Below are positions 1-9,151 of a stretch of DNA of 30,752 nt, in pieces. How positions within the stretch are numbered: the stretch's first letter is position 1; every line of letters starts with the position of its first letter. A program made the position numbers and the translations under genes. This DNA comes from Terrimicrobiaceae bacterium (lineage in GTDB: Bacteria; Verrucomicrobiota; Verrucomicrobiia; Chthoniobacterales; Terrimicrobiaceae): the NCBI GenBank assembly GCA_035719865.1, contig DASTFP010000043.1:1-30752 (forward strand), read 5' to 3'. The notes beneath the pieces were generated by a model. It was given only the letters and a program-made list of their open reading frames with translations, made no database searches and was not told the DNA's origin.

Positions 1-1
1 C

Positions 2-181
2 AAAACCGCCAACAAGCCATTGGAGATTAAGCCACAGGAGAAATCTGTTTGGATCTGCATGTGCGGGCTTTCAAAAAACCAGCCATACTGTGACGGTTCA
101 CACAAGAAGGTCGCCGATGAAGAAGATGGCAAAACCTACGAATACGACTCTGATGGGCATCGCCGAGAAGTAACGACCTGA
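2..181 (+). CDS. CDGSH iron-sulfur domain protein, 3' part (runs off the left edge)
   Basis: Not in the ORF track. Manual translation from position 2: KTANKPLEIKPQEKSVWICMCGLSKNQPYCDGSHKKVADEEDGKTYEYDSDGHRREVTT*. It contains the C-x-C-x2-S-x3-P-x-CDGSH motif. Confidence 0.9.
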   Translation, partial: KTANKPLEIKPQEKSVWICMCGLSKNQPYCDGSHKKVADEEDGKTYEYDSDGHRREVTT

Positions 182-538
182 AGGTTCCGAGCGGTGCAGT
201 TCAGACTTCCGTTCCTCTCTTATGAGTTTTGCGAGCTAGAACGATGCTGAAGCGCGGAGATGTCTTCGCCGCAAAATTCGAGCCTCCAAATCTGCCCGTC
301 GTAGATTGGGGGAGAGCGGCCCCCGGGCGAAACCATGCCCCCTCTCGCTTGGCGCTGACGCGAAAGCATGCTTTTCGCTATTAGGCGGCAATAACGCCTG
401 GAGGCGTTCGGCAATCTCTCATTCGCTTACTGTCTCCGTGCGCCAGCAATCGGCATGTCCTTTCCCCGAACAGAATGGCCCTCAAATGGCCCACGGCTTA
501 TTACGTTGGGTGGCGCGCTCGTCATTGATTATCAGGAA

Positions 539-586
539 AGCCAGCACCCGGATTCGAACCGGGGATCTAACTGATTACAAATCAGC
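539..586 (-). tRNA. Truncated tRNA-Thr(TGT): anticodon arm to 3' end only; probable att-site duplicate rather than a functional tRNA
   Basis: The minus strand reads GCTGA-TTTGTAA-TCAGT (anticodon arm, TGT), TAGATC, CCCGG-TTCGAAT-CCGGG (T arm), TGCTGGC-T (3' acceptor strand). Sequence 5' of it (587 onward) has no D arm and no GCCAGCA acceptor strand. Confidence 0.75.
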
Positions 587-619
587 GGAATTCTGATGTC
601 CCCACGCTCCCTGAAACAA

Positions 620-790
620 GAAAAGACCAAGCACAGATGCCTGAACGCGCAGATATTCCTCACGCCGGGCCAAGCTGCTCGCTTGGCGTCGATGAACTCG
701 GCAATAACCTCCGCAAGTGCCTTGTGTCCTCCGACGCATTGCTTCAAAAGGCGGCTCGAAAACATGGAACGGAACCTGACGAGGGGAGCG
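620..790 (-). pseudogene. Possible degenerate tyrosine-integrase fragment (core-binding/SAM-like region)
   Basis: Peptide KALAEVIAEFIDAKRAAWPGVRNICAFRHL resembles the start of integrase core-binding domains and lies directly beside the tRNA fragment. No catalytic residues are visible; resemblance by eye only. Confidence 0.3.
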
Positions 791-1137
791 TGGCAAGCGT
801 GGTCCTGATTGGAAGCCGCCAGGGACGAAGAGGCCGGCTGAAGCACTACGACGAGGAATAAGAAGCTTTAGTCACGACCCAAGAGGTGGAGCCAACCAAA
901 TAGTTTCTCGCCAAGATGCGGGGTGAGAAGCGCATCTATGAAAGATGATCGAATGCCTGTCGTAGGAACACCGAAGGACTGGGTGGCACTATGGCCGACT
1001 CGCCGCTGAGGCTTTTTTAACGGCAGCGCCGAATTTTATTAACTCGCGCACACGATCGAGATTTGAGAGAACATATGGTCATGAACGATGACTATGCATT
1101 CATTGATGGCTGTGGCAACCGTCGATGGAATACCCTC

Positions 1138-1611
1138 ATGGGGAAGTCCGCTAGGCTCGTCTGGAAAAGCCATTCTACTGCCAACAAATCATTTTGTGCA
1201 GTTCTTTGTTTTGTCCTCCTACTAAGCCTCAGCGGATGTTTAGTTAATCGCACACGATCAACTATTGACGACCATAAGACCGCATACGCTATGACGCGCG
1301 AACAAGCACGCGACATCGTGAAATCGTCAATCGCGGCATTTATTTCGCCCGACTATGTCAATCAGACTGCAACGGATAGCCTTACCGCCTCAGGATACAT
1401 TCGGGCGGGAATAGACACCCAAACAATTAATGTTACCGCCATTCCCGCGACTGGGCGCGACGCAGCCAGCCGCACAAAAAGCGGATATGGCTTTCTACTC
1501 AATGACCGAGGCACGATCGGGTACGATCCTACGCCGGACGAGATTTGGAAATATGTGCTGAAACGGGCGAATCAGGTCGGGACTCCTTTTCGCGTAACAA
1601 TCGCAGAGTAA
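1138..1611 (+). CDS. Hypothetical lipoprotein
   Basis: Within ORF 1063..1611. From ATG 1138 there is a basic N-region, a hydrophobic stretch (FCAVLCFVLLLSLSG) and a lipobox LSGC. The mature part has no family I recognise. Confidence 0.65.
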   Translation: MGKSARLVWKSHSTANKSFCAVLCFVLLLSLSGCLVNRTRSTIDDHKTAYAMTREQARDIVKSSIAAFISPDYVNQTATDSLTASGYIRAGIDTQTINVTAIPATGRDAASRTKSGYGFLLNDRGTIGYDPTPDEIWKYVLKRANQVGTPFRVTIAE

Positions 1612-1895
1612 GGTCGTCCCACCGAATTTCATCAGCAACCCGTAGGCCACCCCTGGCAAAACCGGCCCCCCTCTCGAAGGCGGCCAATAAAAAAAGTTCT
1701 GCCAATAGGGACGAGGCGAAGAACGGTGAGGAAGGCGAGGCTTGGCATGATTTGCAACCCTACGCGCGCAAGGCAATGACGAGTATGTGATCGTTCATAC
1801 TGGTGGGAAGTATTGCTCGCCGACGAGCAGAGAAGAGCGACCGACGAGGCCGATGCCGACGTGCAATTCAAGCGCCACCGGGAGGGCGCGGAAAG

Positions 1896-1915
1896 TTTCG
1901 GACACTTTCGGACAC
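1896..1915 (+). repeat. Perfect 10-bp tandem direct repeat TTTCGGACAC x2
   Basis: Seen directly at 1896-1905 and 1906-1915, in non-coding sequence. Confidence 0.85.
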
Positions 1916-2036
1916 GAGGTATGCAAATATCTGCGCGATTCCTGCATTGGGGGCAGACACCACAAAGCCGTACGAATGCTGATTCTATGCGGAATTGCCG
2001 CAGTTTAGCGCATGTTTCGCACATGGCACTAAACGG

Positions 2037-2522
2037 TACTGCAAGCCGTCGCCGGCGCTCCGAACGCATCACTTGCACCTCGTGCCATTTAGTAGCCCGC
2101 TCTGGCTGGAGCGTCTGGCGTTCCGGGATCGGCTTCGAAGCGACCGTGATCTGGCGTCCGAGTACTCGGAGCTGAAGAGGGCTTTAGCCGCCAAATTCAA
2201 GCTCGACCGTGAGGCGTACACAGACGCGAAAACACCGTTTGTGCAGCGTGTGCTGGCTCAATCCCCGCACGAAGGGCTTAAGGATGCGAAACTGCTCGAC
2301 ACCCTGGTTTCATCAGAGCTCACCCGGGGCATGCCGCATGGCGACCGACCGCCTGTGGAAATCCCGATCGGATCCTTCGATGCGACCGAATTTCCTTACG
2401 GCAAAGGCGGTCGTGCGGCATATGGCGAAGCAGGCTCGGGCATGGTTCTTATGCTGCCGACACTCGCTGAAAAATCGCCAGCTTCGTGGCCTTCCCGGCC
2501 TCGGATTGCCCAAGCGCAATGA
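2037..2522 (+). pseudogene. GrpB (UPF0157) family protein, 5'-truncated; the frame continues into unrelated sequence after about 2261
   Basis: YCKPSPALRTHHLHLV...LAFRDRLR...YSELKRALAAKF..DREAYTDAKTPFVQRVL is the GrpB C-terminal half. The N-terminal HIGST...AKP.ID part is absent upstream. Confidence 0.7.
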
Positions 2523-2630
2523 CCGGCGCCATCGCCAAACATCACCTACGCCTCGCTTGTGGACCTAGGGAGGAACAACTGGAAGCCCTTGATTTCATAT
2601 TGGGCTTCCGACATTTCGAATCTGCATTCA

Positions 2631-3029
2631 ATGATTTCTCGTATCGACCACATTGTTCTCACTGTTGAAGATGTCTCCCGTTCGGTCACGTTCTATACAA
2701 GAGTGCTCGGCATGCTTGAGGTCTCATTCGGAGCTGGACGCACTGCGCTCGGCTTCGGACAGCAAAAGATCAATTTGCATCAGAAAGGACATGAGTTTGA
2801 GCCGAAAGCCTCCTCTCCAACGCCGGGGTCGGCCGATCTCTGTTTTGTTGCAGACGTGCACCTCGACGCGGTAATTTCCAGACTTCAGGAGAACGGCATC
2901 AAAATTATCGAAGGTCCCGTCGAACGGACGGGTGCCTGCGGCCAGATTCTCTCGGTCTACTTTCGAGATCCAGACTCGAATCTAATCGAAGTATCCACCT
3001 ATCTTGAAGAAAGCAACGAAAGGGCCTGA
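2631..3029 (+). CDS. VOC family (glyoxalase/bleomycin resistance, GLOD5-like) protein
   Basis: IDHIVLTV...FYTRVLGM, KINLH, PTPGSADLCF, GPVERTGA, SVYFRDPDSNLIEV motifs; ATG at 2631. Confidence 0.92.
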   Translation: MISRIDHIVLTVEDVSRSVTFYTRVLGMLEVSFGAGRTALGFGQQKINLHQKGHEFEPKASSPTPGSADLCFVADVHLDAVISRLQENGIKIIEGPVERTGACGQILSVYFRDPDSNLIEVSTYLEESNERA

Positions 3030-3180
3030 GCCTTTGAGCGACTATGGAAGGGTCGCCGGTTGGGTAAAAGACAGGCCCTTCGTCGGTGCGAACTGAATCG
3101 TGTGCGCCGGACTCCGACATCAGCAACCAGCCAGGAAATAAATTTCGTCCAATACCTTGCTTCGGGCGTTTATGTTATCG

Positions 3181-3600
3181 ATGAACGATCCGTTGTTTGC
3201 GGCCGGGTGGTTCCTTCGCTTATCCCTGGCGGCGGGCTTCCTTTCCGCCGTCGCCGATCGCTTCGGACTGTGGGGACCGCCAGGCACGCCGAATGTTGCA
3301 TGGGGAGACTGGCAACCGTTCGTCGAATACGTGGGAAAGCTGAATTGGTTTGTACCAAGAAGCGTCATCCCCGTTTGGCTTGGGCGGCAACGTTAGCCGA
3401 AGTCCTAATCGGGCCTCATCATCGGGTGGCAATTGCGATGGGTCGCTCTTGCGGGAGGCTTGCTGCTGCTGTCGTTTGCCGTCACAATGACGATTGCACT
3501 CGGGATCAAGGCTCCTCTGGACTTCTCAGTGTTCGCGTCCGCCGCGGGAGCTTTTCTCCTGGCGGCAGTCAGTGGCGAGCGGCTGCAGAAAGACAGGTGA
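3181..3600 (+). pseudogene. DoxX-family membrane protein with two frameshifts (near 3375 and 3411), or sequencing errors
   Basis: Three consecutive frames give FLRLSLAAGFLSAVADRFGLWG...LNWFVPRSVIP / LAWAATLAEVLIG / GLIIGWQLRWVALAGGLLLLSFAVTMTIALGIKAPLDFSVFASAAGAFLLAA...*, which join into one DoxX-like protein. Confidence 0.8.
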
Positions 3601-3670
3601 AGCACATGGTCTCATGGAGGGAGCAACGGCACCGCACGCCCGCACGCCTCAGCCGCGAAAATGTATGCTT

Positions 3671-4081
3671 ATGCTACGGTTCACGACCACTGAAATAGTT
3701 TCATCGGCTGCTTTTGCAGATATCCTTCGTCGCTCAACTCTTAGCGAAAGACGCCCGGTTGATGACGCCCGTTGCCTCCAGGGGATGATCGAGCATTCGA
3801 ATCTCGTCGCCACAGCCTGGCACGATCAATTGCTCGTCGGTATTGCCCGCTCGGTTACGGACCTTCATTATTGCTGTTATCTTTCCGACCTCGCTGTGGA
3901 TGTTGCCTATCAGCGCCAAGGAATCGGAAGGCGATTGATCCAAATCACCCAGAATGCATTAGGTCCGCGTTGCACGATTATCCTGCTGTCGGCGCCGGCA
4001 GCCGTGGACTATTATTCGCACCTTGGTTTCGATCGCCATGACCAAGCTTGGGTGCTGGCTCGGACGAAGAGAGTGCTCTAG
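3671..4081 (+). CDS. GNAT family N-acetyltransferase
   Basis: LVGIARSVTD..YCCYLSDLAVDVAYQRQGIGRRLI (acetyl-CoA motif A) and LLSAPAAVDYYSHLGF. Confidence 0.92.
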   Translation: MLRFTTTEIVSSAAFADILRRSTLSERRPVDDARCLQGMIEHSNLVATAWHDQLLVGIARSVTDLHYCCYLSDLAVDVAYQRQGIGRRLIQITQNALGPRCTIILLSAPAAVDYYSHLGFDRHDQAWVLARTKRVL

Positions 4082-4127
4082 CCGGGATCATAAAGATCCT
4101 GTTCACGAAAGGAAGCTTCGGGCCTCC

Positions 4128-4859
4128 TCATTTCGAGTCGTGGAAAATGATTCCCAGCGTATTCCGATGGCCGGATCGTATGCGGCTTACACCATGGCGC
4201 AGGTTGACACGGTATGGCCCGCGGGTTCCCTGAACCGGTCGGTGACGGACCGCGAAAATCACTCCGTCACCTTGCTTCAATCCGACGACCTCGGCGCGGG
4301 ATTGCATCCGCGGCCGCTGTTCCGTCAGCACAAACTCTCCGCCGGTGAAGTCCTCGCCTGGAACTGACAGCAAGAACGCGACTTGCAAGGGAAAGACATG
4401 CTCTCCGTAAACATCCTGGTGCAGGCAATTGAAATCGCCCTCACCATACCGGAGAAGGAGAGGCGTTGGCTTGGTTTGGCCGGCATCGTGGCAGCGCGTC
4501 AGGTAGTCCTCGTGTCCGGCCGGATAAGTCGCATCGATGCCCATGATCTCATTCCAGCGGTTGGCTAATGCAAAAAGCCGCGCATAGAGGGCCGCCCGCA
4601 AGGCGACAACAATCTCAGGAAGGGGATAGGCAAAGTATTTGTATTCACCCCGACCGAAGCCATGCCGAGCCATCAGGATTCGGGTACGAAAGCGATTTTC
4701 ATCGCCGTACATCTCCGCCAAAAACTGGCAATCATCCGCCGCGAGCACGGACCTCGCGGGAGCACAACCGTGCTGATTCAGGTCGTCGATGATCTCCGGC
4801 CATTCAAGTGCAGCCACGCGATCCGCGATCGCCAGTGAGTAATCTGCTCCAACGCTCAC
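4128..4859 (-). CDS. 2OG-Fe(II) oxygenase (DUF2086 / prolyl 4-hydroxylase-like)
   Basis: LHQD (HxD), FTGGEFVL, LRHGVSRIRSGHRNTLGIIFHD (distal His and Arg). GTG start at 4859 overlaps the ada stop (GTGA). Confidence 0.9.
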   Translation of the reverse strand: MSVGADYSLAIADRVAALEWPEIIDDLNQHGCAPARSVLAADDCQFLAEMYGDENRFRTRILMARHGFGRGEYKYFAYPLPEIVVALRAALYARLFALANRWNEIMGIDATYPAGHEDYLTRCHDAGQTKPTPLLLRYGEGDFNCLHQDVYGEHVFPLQVAFLLSVPGEDFTGGEFVLTEQRPRMQSRAEVVGLKQGDGVIFAVRHRPVQGTRGPYRVNLRHGVSRIRSGHRNTLGIIFHDSK

Positions 4860-5935
4860 AGGTTGACCCCTTCGCTTTTGAGCAACGCGCGTTTTCGTTC
4901 CACGCCCCAACGGTAGCCTGAGAGACTTCTGTCGGTGCGTAAAACACGGTGACAAGGAATTGCCACGGCAATCGCGTTAGAGGCACAGGCTTGGGCAACA
5001 GCGCGAACTGCTCGGGGCAAGCCGATGCGCCCGGCGATTTCCGAATAACTCGCCGTGGATCCTGCCGGAATCTCACGAAGCGCCTGCCAGACTCTTTGTT
5101 GGAAAGCGGTGCCTCGAACATCAAGCGGCAAGTTCAAACCGATCTTTGGCGCCTCGACGAAGCCGACAACCTCGGCGACCGTCGCCTCGAAATCGCGATC
5201 ACCGCCGATCAAATTTGCCTTGGGAAAGCGGTTTTGGAGGTCTTTCGTGAGGACATCCGGGTCGTCGCCCATCATTATGGCGCAGACGCCTTTATCTGAA
5301 GCGGCGACGAGAATTGAGCCAAGCGAGCACTCGCCCACCGCGAAACGGATCGTCATTCCGGCACCGCCGCTGCGATAATTCCTCGGCTTCATTCCGAGCA
5401 TTTCCGAGGAGTTCGCATAAAAGCGGCCATTGGAATTGAATCCCGCTTCGTAGATCGCCTCGGTAACTGTGCTGCGCTTGGGCAAAACTTCCCGCATCCG
5501 GGTAGATCGGCGGGCGGCAGCGTAGGCTCTCGGTGTGAGGCCGGTTGCCGCCTTGAAAATCCGGTGGAAATGAAAGCGGCTCATCCTGGCCGAGCTGGCC
5601 AGCGCATCGAGATCGGGCAATTCTTCCGCCGCTTCAATGGCGCGGCAGGCGGCCGCCACGGTCGCCGCATGTTGCTCGGCGAGACCCGGCCCGTTCGGCT
5701 TACATCGCTTGCAGGGTCGGAAGCCAGCTCGCTCAGCATCCTCGCGGCACTCGTAAAAAGAGACGTTCTCACGACGCGGCGAGCGCGCAGGGCACGAAGG
5801 ACGACAATAAACTCCCGTGGTTCTGACCGAATAGAAAAATTTGCCGTCGGCGTGTCGGTCCTTTTGAACCACGGCGCGCCACCGTTCTTCATCGCTCGCA
5901 GCGCCGGCTTGTCCGTTAGTAGGTGATGTCTTCAT
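4856..5935 (-). CDS. ada: Bifunctional DNA-binding transcriptional regulator / O6-methylguanine-DNA methyltransferase Ada
   Basis: N-terminal Zn site (GVYCRPSC...GFRPCKRC), AraC-type HTH (MSRFHFHRIFK), C-terminal IPCHRV active site. Confidence 0.96.
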   Translation of the reverse strand: MKTSPTNGQAGAASDEERWRAVVQKDRHADGKFFYSVRTTGVYCRPSCPARSPRRENVSFYECREDAERAGFRPCKRCKPNGPGLAEQHAATVAAACRAIEAAEELPDLDALASSARMSRFHFHRIFKAATGLTPRAYAAARRSTRMREVLPKRSTVTEAIYEAGFNSNGRFYANSSEMLGMKPRNYRSGGAGMTIRFAVGECSLGSILVAASDKGVCAIMMGDDPDVLTKDLQNRFPKANLIGGDRDFEATVAEVVGFVEAPKIGLNLPLDVRGTAFQQRVWQALREIPAGSTASYSEIAGRIGLPRAVRAVAQACASNAIAVAIPCHRVLRTDRSLSGYRWGVERKRALLKSEGVNL

Positions 5936-5995
5936 ATTGTTCGTATTGTTTCTGCGAGCAAGATAACAACCTCCATAAGTTAAGAACTCCGGTTC

Positions 5996-6008
5996 TTGCT
6001 TTCAAATT
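5996..6008 (-). promoter_or_regulatory. Ada box (AAT-N6-GCAA) upstream of ada
   Basis: The minus strand reads AAT-TTGAAA-GCAA-GA, matching the A-box/B-box spacing of the E. coli ada operator. A TATCTT -10-like hexamer (5965-5960) lies about 30 nt downstream. Confidence 0.7.
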
Positions 6009-6200
6009 CGAGAATCCTCTTCTTTCCGAAAAATTAGGCTGGGAAATCTTCGCCAGGGGGAGCGATCGGGAGTTTCTTGCGACGTGCAAACGCGCGGAGG
6101 CGCGTTCGTGGATCGCCGCAGCGCGTTGACAAATCGCGGTTCGGGAGAAAAGTTTCCCAACTCTGTGAATACCGTTCTTCGGAATGCGACTGAGGGCGGG

Positions 6201-7229
6201 ATGGGAAGCAGTCGCAACTTAACGCGTCGCTTCGCCGCATGGACTTTGGTTCTGGCGATTGGCGCGGCTCTCACGGCGTGCGCCTCGCGTGAGCCGCCCG
6301 TTGCGCGCCGGCTGGGCCCTGCCATGTGCAAGGAAGGACCCCCGGCATGGCGCGCCTCCGATGGTCGCCGAATTATGTATCGAACATGGGGTCCGGCTCA
6401 AAACGGCGCCCGGGCCGTCGTCGTGGGGGTCCCGGGTTGGAATGGTACGGCTGGCGACATCGAGCCGCTGGCCCTCTACCTGGCGAAAAGCGGCATCCGG
6501 GTTTACTCGACCGGCGTCCGCGGACAGCATGGAGATCTCACTGCGGCGTCCCAGCGAATGAAGGGACACGCCGACGACGGGCGATTTTGGGAGCGAGACT
6601 TCACGGAATTTGTCGCATGGGTGCAGCAGCGCCATCCGAATATTCCTCTCTTTCTCTACGGCCAGAGCATGGGCTCCCTCACCGCAATTTTGGTCACGAG
6701 CAACGGAGACCTCCCGGACGGTGCCAGGCCATCCGGAATCATCTTGCACTCCCCGGCTGTCGCGATGATGTACGCTTCGCCCCTGCTACGCCTCTGCATC
6801 GCAGAACTGCGCCGCGTTAAGCCGAGGGGACTCCTTTTAAGCGTGGGTCTGATCCCTGGAGATAAGCCGGCACTCACCAATAGCGCACAGTTCGACCGAT
6901 TCTGGGGACGGTCAGTGGACCGCGTGCGGCCAGGCTTCACATGGTCGTTTTTTGATGAGACGCTGAAATTGGGCGGCCGGGCGCGCAAGGCAGTGTCGCA
7001 ACTGGATGTGCCCGTCATCATCCTAACGGGAGAAAAGGATCCCATCGGAACGGCCGGGGTGGGACAGAGGGCTTTTGCGCGTCTCATGCGGTGGATTCCT
7101 GCTCAAGCCAAGGAACGACACCGCTTCGCAGACGGCTACCACGACCTTATCCACGACAGCAACAGGCAGCAGGCGCTCCAGTGCGTGGGGGATTGGCTGG
7201 ATCGGCAACTTCGAAAACCTGAAGCCTGA
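6201..7229 (+). CDS. Alpha/beta hydrolase (lysophospholipase / Hydrolase_4-like), probable lipoprotein
   Basis: Signal peptide with lipobox LTAC; nucleophile elbow GQSMG; GEKDPI (Asp); GYHDL (His). Confidence 0.88.
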   Translation: MGSSRNLTRRFAAWTLVLAIGAALTACASREPPVARRLGPAMCKEGPPAWRASDGRRIMYRTWGPAQNGARAVVVGVPGWNGTAGDIEPLALYLAKSGIRVYSTGVRGQHGDLTAASQRMKGHADDGRFWERDFTEFVAWVQQRHPNIPLFLYGQSMGSLTAILVTSNGDLPDGARPSGIILHSPAVAMMYASPLLRLCIAELRRVKPRGLLLSVGLIPGDKPALTNSAQFDRFWGRSVDRVRPGFTWSFFDETLKLGGRARKAVSQLDVPVIILTGEKDPIGTAGVGQRAFARLMRWIPAQAKERHRFADGYHDLIHDSNRQQALQCVGDWLDRQLRKPEA

Positions 7230-7284
7230 TCGAGGGGGCCACTTGCACCGAAAGGGAAATTCGATCACAAAGAAGACCAGCAAG

Positions 7285-8253
7285 ATGAACTACAGAGAAC
7301 TCGGCAAGACAGGATTGAAAGTATCGGAAATCGGTTATGGGGCGTGGGGAATCGGCAAGAGCATGTGGATTGGCGCCTCGGACGACGAATCCCTCAAAGC
7401 CCTCCACAGGTCGATCGATTTGGGACTCAACTTCATCGACACGGCCTTGGGTTACGGGGACGGTCATAGCGAGAAGCTCGTCGGCCAGGTCGTGCGAGAA
7501 CGCTCTGAAACGATCTACGTGGCAACGAAGATCCCCCCGAAAAACGAGGTATGGCCTGCGCAGCCCGGGACGCCGGCAGGAAAAACCTTCCCTTCTGAGC
7601 ATGTGATGTCCTGCACGGAGAAAAGCCTGAAGAATCTCGGCTTGGAAGCGATCGACGTTCAGCAGTTTCACGTGTGGTCCGACGAATGGGTCGATCAGGG
7701 AGACTGGTTGGAAGCCATTCTCAAGCTAAAACACCAGGGCAAAATAAGGCACTTCGGCGTTTCAATAAATGACTACCAGCCGGAAAACGCGATCAAACTG
7801 ATTGAGACCGGCGCAGTAGATACCGTCCAGGTCATCCACAATATTTTCGAGCAGAGCCCGGAAGATAAGTTGTTTCCCGCCTGTGAGACCCACAACGTCG
7901 GCGTCATCGTGCGGGTCGCCCTGGACGAAGGCGGATTGACCGGGAAAATCACGCCGTATACCAAATTTGAGGAAGGTGATTTTCGGGACAGGTATTTTCG
8001 CGGCGAGCGAAAACAAGAGGTGTATGAGCGGGTGCAAAAGATCGCTTTCGACCTGAATATCACTCTGGAGCAGACCGCCGAAACCGCGCTGCGCTATGTG
8101 TTAAGCCATCCGGCTGTCTCCACGGTCATTCCGGGCATGCGTTCAATTCAAAACGTTGAAAGAAACTGCCAAATTGGAGATGGACGCGGGCTGGCCGCCG
8201 AAATGGTTGACAAATTAAAGGCCCATCGTTGGGCTCGTAATTTCTACGAATAA
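7285..8253 (+). CDS. Aldo/keto reductase
   Basis: [61 protein letters not shown]. Confidence 0.95.
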   Translation: MNYRELGKTGLKVSEIGYGAWGIGKSMWIGASDDESLKALHRSIDLGLNFIDTALGYGDGHSEKLVGQVVRERSETIYVATKIPPKNEVWPAQPGTPAGKTFPSEHVMSCTEKSLKNLGLEAIDVQQFHVWSDEWVDQGDWLEAILKLKHQGKIRHFGVSINDYQPENAIKLIETGAVDTVQVIHNIFEQSPEDKLFPACETHNVGVIVRVALDEGGLTGKITPYTKFEEGDFRDRYFRGERKQEVYERVQKIAFDLNITLEQTAETALRYVLSHPAVSTVIPGMRSIQNVERNCQIGDGRGLAAEMVDKLKAHRWARNFYE

Positions 8254-8359
8254 GCCGAGCGCAGAATCTCGCCCCTTTAGCCGGCTGGCTAGTCGAAGAG
8301 GAAAACACTCTAAAACCAAAGTGTGAGACGACGAGAAACACGAAAACAGCTCGGAGGAA

Positions 8360-9127
8360 ATGAAAAGCCTTGAGGTCTTGTTTTCGCCTGCCGAGTTTTC
8401 GGCTCTCGAGCGCCTCGACTTGAGCGCGACGGTATGCGTTGTGTTCGATGTCCTGCGCGCGACCAGCAGCATGGTGGCGGCTCTAAGCAATGGGGCGAAG
8501 GCAATCATCCCCGTGACCGGCATTCCGGAAGCGCTTACTCTTCGCTTGCGGCAGGCCGAGGTGTTGCTCGCCGGTGAGCGCGAGGGAGTGCGAATCCCCG
8601 CGCAACTGACCGGCAGCATCTCGTTCGATTTGGGCAACTCCCCGCGCGAGTTCACCAACGAGATCGTTGCGGGAAGAACGATCGTCATGACGACCACGAA
8701 TGGAACCCGAGCTCTGCGCGCGTGCGCCCACGCCAGGAGGATCCTCGTTTCGTCCTTCCTGAATCTTGGCGCGACTCGGGATACCCTCGAGCAACACGCT
8801 CCGGTCCACCTTGTCCTGGTATGCAGTGGCACGCATGAGGAAGCGGCCTATGAGGATGCTCTCTGCGCCGGCGCGCTTTGCGATCTGCTCTGGTCCAAGG
8901 CGAGCGCGGGCCATGTTTCTGATTCGGCGCTGATCGCGCGCAAACTATTCCGGCAAGAACAACATGATCTCCTGGCCGCCGTCTCTGAATCGCGCAATGG
9001 CAGGCGCTTGCTGTCGCTTCCTGAACTTCGGGATGACGTTCGCTATTGCGTCCAGCGAGACGTTCTGAGCACGGTTCCGGAGATGAACAAGCATGGTCAA
9101 GTCCTCCCTGGAGAAGCCTCCCCGTGA
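8360..9127 (+). CDS. comB: 2-phosphosulfolactate phosphatase (ComB) family protein
   Basis: VFDVLRATS, LLAGER, LGNSP, MTTTNGT, EDALCAG motifs. Confidence 0.88.
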   Translation: MKSLEVLFSPAEFSALERLDLSATVCVVFDVLRATSSMVAALSNGAKAIIPVTGIPEALTLRLRQAEVLLAGEREGVRIPAQLTGSISFDLGNSPREFTNEIVAGRTIVMTTTNGTRALRACAHARRILVSSFLNLGATRDTLEQHAPVHLVLVCSGTHEEAAYEDALCAGALCDLLWSKASAGHVSDSALIARKLFRQEQHDLLAAVSESRNGRRLLSLPELRDDVRYCVQRDVLSTVPEMNKHGQVLPGEASP

Positions 9128-9151
9128 TCACCGCCCGAGGGTTGCCGCAAA

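Noticed and set aside
182-538. Short ORFs and a palindrome (GCGAAAGCATGCTTTTCGC near 360-378) between the CDGSH gene and the tRNA fragment
   Set aside because: No family resemblance, no consistent start signals and no terminator U-tract.
904-937. Two overlapping alternative hairpins (AGATGCG/CGCATCT and TTCTCGCC/GGTGAGAA)
   Set aside because: Short stems, no U-tract, and no recognisable riboswitch or ncRNA motif; cannot be distinguished from chance.
2262-2522. Novel domain fused to the GrpB C-terminal half
   Set aside because: The extension has no recognisable motif and the N-terminal half of GrpB is missing, so read-through after loss of the native stop is more likely.
1063-4081. Integron cassette array
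   Set aside because: Gene types fit, but I found no RYYYAAC...GTTRRRY attC ends at gene boundaries and no intI. Kept only as a cargo cluster.
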